A stretch of 64,000 nucleotides of DNA, from positions 372,001 through 436,000 of IMG/VR virus record IMGVR_UViG_3300024239_000011; one strand, 5' to 3'. The notes beneath the pieces are model-generated. The model was not told the DNA's origin and did no database searches. It saw only the letters and a list, made by a program, of their open reading frames with translations. The position numbers and the translations under genes are program-made. Shown here piece after piece: positions 61,000 to 64,000 of this stretch (position 1 is the stretch's first letter; every line of letters starts with the position of its first letter).

Positions 61000-63274
61000 C
61001 GTACTTGAACTCCAACTCATTATTGCTTACGCCGATGACGACTGTTCCGCCCTTAACCAGCTTACCGAACAACATTTCACGGGAGAGCGGCTTTTTCACA
61101 TACTGCTGGATTACGCGCGCCAACGGTCGCGCACCCATCTTCGGATCATAGCCTTCCCGCGCCAACCACCGCTTGGCAGGCATGTTCACCACGACCTTAA
61201 CCCGGTTCTCCTGGCTCAAATCGTTTAGTTCGTTGATGAACTTGGTAACGACCTTCAACATGTCAGGTTCGGTCAGCGCCCGGTACTTAACAATGGCATC
61301 CAAGCGATTACGGAATTCCGGCTTGAACCGTTCGTTGATCACTTTGTCTTCTGCGCCGCTCCGGTCATCGCTGGCAGTGAAACCAATAGAGTTCTTTTGT
61401 AGCTCCGTGGCGCCCGCATTCGAGGTCATGATCAGATAGACGTTTCGGAAATCGACTTCCTTCCCGCTACCGCTGGTCAGCTTACCGGTGTCCATGACCT
61501 GTAGGAAAAGATCATAGATATCCGGATGCGCCTTCTCGATTTCATCAAGCAACAGCACGCAATGCGGCGTCTTTTCAATCATGTTGATCAGTACACCGGA
61601 CCCCGCATTCCCATCCTCGTACCCAACGTAGCCAGGGCGCCCACCGATCAACGTGGCAGCCGCATGTTTTTCCTGATACTCGGACATGTTCAAGCGCACC
61701 AATTCGATCCCGAGGGTCGCGGCAAGCTGAACTGCTGTCTCGGTCTTGCCAACGCCCGTTGGACCGGCGAAAAGGTAGCATCCAAGCGGCTTGCGCTTGT
61801 CCCGAAGCCCGGCGCGGCTCTGGTACACAGCATCAATCAAGGTGTCAATAGCACGGTCCTGCCCGAACACCACCCCTTTCAAATCCTTTTCAAGACGTGA
61901 AAGACGCTTAATGTCGTCGTCCTTAACCGATTTTGGCGGAATTTTGGCAATGCGAGCAACCTGCTGCTCGATTTCAAAAACTCCAATAATCTTCTTCCGC
62001 TTGGTAGGAGGTTTGACCCGTTCCGCCGCCCCCGCTGCATCCATCACATCAATTGCCTTGTCAGGTAAGAAGCGCCCATGGACATACCGAACCGTCAAAT
62101 CTACCGCAGCCTGTAAAGCTTCATTCTGATATACAACCCCGTGATAACCCTCATAATGATCTTTTAGACCCTGAAGAATTTGTACCGCATCGGTCGAGCT
62201 TGGTTCAAACACATCCACCCGATGGAAACAACGATTGAATGTTCGATCTTTCTGAAAATACTTACGATCATCCTGATAAGTCGTGCTACCGATGGTCTGA
62301 ATTTCACCCCGATTCAAATACGGCGCTAGAATATTGGCAATGGATGGTCCACCCTCACCACCCGACACACTGGTCATGTGAATATTGTCGATCACAAGAA
62401 CCGCATGCGGCTTAGTCAGGAGAGCATTGATCACCAACTTCAGGCGTTCTTCAAATTCACCTCGGAATTTAGCGCCTGCGATCAACGACGGAAGGTCAAG
62501 CTGGTATAGCACCGCATCTTTTATGGTATCCGGAACATCCCCATTCACAATCTTCTTGGCAATACCCTCAAGGATCGCAGTCTTCCCAACACCAGCTTCC
62601 CCCAACAATAATGCGCTGTTCTTGCGGCGACGCGCCAGGATGCTAATTACCGTTGCTATTTCGTTCTCACGACCAACCAACGGGTCAATTTTTCCCGCCT
62701 TGGCAAGATCATTGAGATTGATACACAGCGCCTTGAGAATTTGATCAGTCTTGCTTTCTGCGGCTGGTTTTTGAGTAGGAGACGGAAGACGACCATATTC
62801 CGAATTTACGGTATCAGTTGGTACCGCACTCAGCGAACTATCAGCAAGATATTGTATTAAACGAAAATGATCCAAACCGAATGCAGCACATATAGTTGTC
62901 GAATGACAATCGTCTTCGGTAAGAATAGCAACCAAAATATCTTTACATCGAAGGGTATCCCGCCCAGATGACAGACATTGCACCACGGTACGATGCTTCA
63001 CCCGTTCTAGTGCGGGAGTTTGACCCGGTATATTTTTAATTACTCTTGTGGGAATAACACCAGAATTCAAATATTCATCAAGTACATCCCGCATACCATC
63101 AATATCAATTCCTAGATCATCTAAAATATCGATAATGTCGTCCTCTTCTAAAAGAGAACGGAGTACATGTTCAGTAGTAACGATTTCATGACGCAACCGC
63201 TGTGCAATATTATAAGCTCTCTGAATTGGAGCAACAACCAGTTGATGGTTTACTTCTATACTAGAAACAGACAT
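60992..63274 (-). CDS. clpA: ClpA-like AAA+ unfoldase
   Basis: Clp N-domain, IDPLVGRE, GEAGVGKT, GPTGVGKT, GYVG, LLLDEIEK, IGF loop, GAR; no ClpB middle domain. Confidence 0.93.
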   Translation of the reverse strand: MSVSSIEVNHQLVVAPIQRAYNIAQRLRHEIVTTEHVLRSLLEEDDIIDILDDLGIDIDGMRDVLDEYLNSGVIPTRVIKNIPGQTPALERVKHRTVVQCLSSGRDTLRCKDILVAILTEDDCHSTTICAAFGLDHFRLIQYLADSSLSAVPTDTVNSEYGRLPSPTQKPAAESKTDQILKALCINLNDLAKAGKIDPLVGRENEIATVISILARRRKNSALLLGEAGVGKTAILEGIAKKIVNGDVPDTIKDAVLYQLDLPSLIAGAKFRGEFEERLKLVINALLTKPHAVLVIDNIHMTSVSGGEGGPSIANILAPYLNRGEIQTIGSTTYQDDRKYFQKDRTFNRCFHRVDVFEPSSTDAVQILQGLKDHYEGYHGVVYQNEALQAAVDLTVRYVHGRFLPDKAIDVMDAAGAAERVKPPTKRKKIIGVFEIEQQVARIAKIPPKSVKDDDIKRLSRLEKDLKGVVFGQDRAIDTLIDAVYQSRAGLRDKRKPLGCYLFAGPTGVGKTETAVQLAATLGIELVRLNMSEYQEKHAAATLIGGRPGYVGYEDGNAGSGVLINMIEKTPHCVLLLDEIEKAHPDIYDLFLQVMDTGKLTSGSGKEVDFRNVYLIMTSNAGATELQKNSIGFTASDDRSGAEDKVINERFKPEFRNRLDAIVKYRALTEPDMLKVVTKFINELNDLSQENRVKVVVNMPAKRWLAREGYDPKMGARPLARVIQQYVKKPLSREMLFGKLVKGGTVVIGVSNNELEFKYDV

Positions 63275-63337
63275 ACCTTAACCTTTAAAGCCTAGGACTC
63301 TTAGGTTAAGGTATGTCTGATCTATTTGTACTGTCAA
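63268..63337 (-). promoter_or_regulatory. Sigma70-like promoter overlapping a 17-bp perfect inverted repeat that covers the clpA SD and ATG
   Basis: cagacataccttaacct (63268-63284) / aggttaaggtatgtctg (63303-63319); TTGACA-N18-TACCTT (63308-63337). Confidence 0.75.
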
Positions 63338-63341
63338 TTTA

Positions 63342-63848
63342 TTAGGGCAGCGAATTCTTGATGCTATTGACATCCCGGATTGCCTGCTCCGTGATGGAGC
63401 GGCAGTCGCCCACGTTAGCGCCGTCGTAGCGCACCATTCGCACATCGCGAATGGCAACGTTGACGATCATAACGATCTCGCGCTCGATCTCATGGACAGA
63501 AGCGTGGTCGATGTAGCCGACGCCACCCGTGGGATTGTCGTAGTCCACCCCACGACCGGTCGGGGAGAAGGTTTGATGCCGGGCGTAAAGGTGCGCCAAC
63601 GCATCCTGGCTGGTGTTGTGCAAGTCCATCAACATGTCTTGACACGACCGATTATTCTCATAAAGCGCGGGTTGTCCATTCCCGCCCATGACCCCGGTGC
63701 GCTTGGCTTCCCAGCAGGCGCGGTCGTAGATATCGCAGGCAGCATGTGCCGGGCTGGTAGACAGGATCAGAGCAGATGCGGCAACCAGAGCCGTCGCCGC
63801 AGCGAGGATCACCAGACGATAGTTGGTCATGGCAGAAACGCGGGTCAT
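63342..63848 (-). CDS. Exported hypothetical protein
   Basis: Signal peptide ending AHA; four Cys; SD AGGAGG; TTGACA-N17-TAGAAT at 63876-63904. Confidence 0.7.
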   Translation of the reverse strand: MTRVSAMTNYRLVILAAATALVAASALILSTSPAHAACDIYDRACWEAKRTGVMGGNGQPALYENNRSCQDMLMDLHNTSQDALAHLYARHQTFSPTGRGVDYDNPTGGVGYIDHASVHEIEREIVMIVNVAIRDVRMVRYDGANVGDCRSITEQAIRDVNSIKNSLP

Positions 63849-64000
63849 GGTGTCCTCCTTCAAACCTATAATTGCATTCTACCCGTTTGAAGTGGTCATG
63901 TCAACCATGTCTACGAATGATTGGGACGTATAAGTTCTCGGTACTTCCTAAGAACTAACTTTTGTTCATCAGTTAGGTTGGTTGGCACTGTAATTTCAAT

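Noticed and set aside
1456-63274. Bacterial chromosome or prophage origin, suggested by metG, gcvH, clpA and GGDEF-EAL
   Set aside because: These genes are isolated among T4-like replication and virion genes with phage promoters; no bacterial operon context or integrase
1-64000. Alternative genetic code, as in some jumbo phages
   Set aside because: Long conserved genes are intact under the standard code, and TAA, TAG and TGA all end genes

Overview
A 64-kb segment of a large lytic dsDNA (jumbo, T4-superfamily-like) phage genome in the standard genetic code, with most genes on the minus strand. From memory it resembles GAP32/RAK2/Atu_ph07-type jumbo myoviruses. The host is probably an alphaproteobacterium, inferred from the style of MetRS, GcvH and ClpA. 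The 1-32 kb part is a replication and early region: MoxR-type AAA ATPase, intact GGDEF-EAL protein, glutaredoxin, T4-like RNase H, probable sliding clamp, a family B DNA polymerase split into two genes about 7 kb apart, GcvH, a WGR-regulatory-catalytic PARP, MetRS, a DNA ligase made of a dead ligase module fused to an intact one, and several free-standing endonucleases. The 32.8-57 kb part is a late block of modular, paralogous virion fibre/structural genes plus an M15 peptidase. The 57.5-64 kb part has a candidate packaged ADP-ribosyltransferase and a ClpA with a degenerate first ATPase ring. Two promoter classes are visible: sigma70-like TTGAC-N16-18-TAnnnT and T4-late-like (TA)TAAATA. Best leads: (1) a possible phage DNA-break response built on PARP and the dead+live tandem ligase; (2) a shared D[LM]F clamp-binding-like motif in the polymerase, RNase H, ligase and the endonuclease next to the polymerase split; (3) a phage-encoded c-di-GMP enzyme; (4) promoter-overlapping hairpins that would hide start codons in read-through RNA; (5) a promoter-driven multi-hairpin non-coding RNA candidate. 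All calls come from reading motifs by eye; no searches were run.
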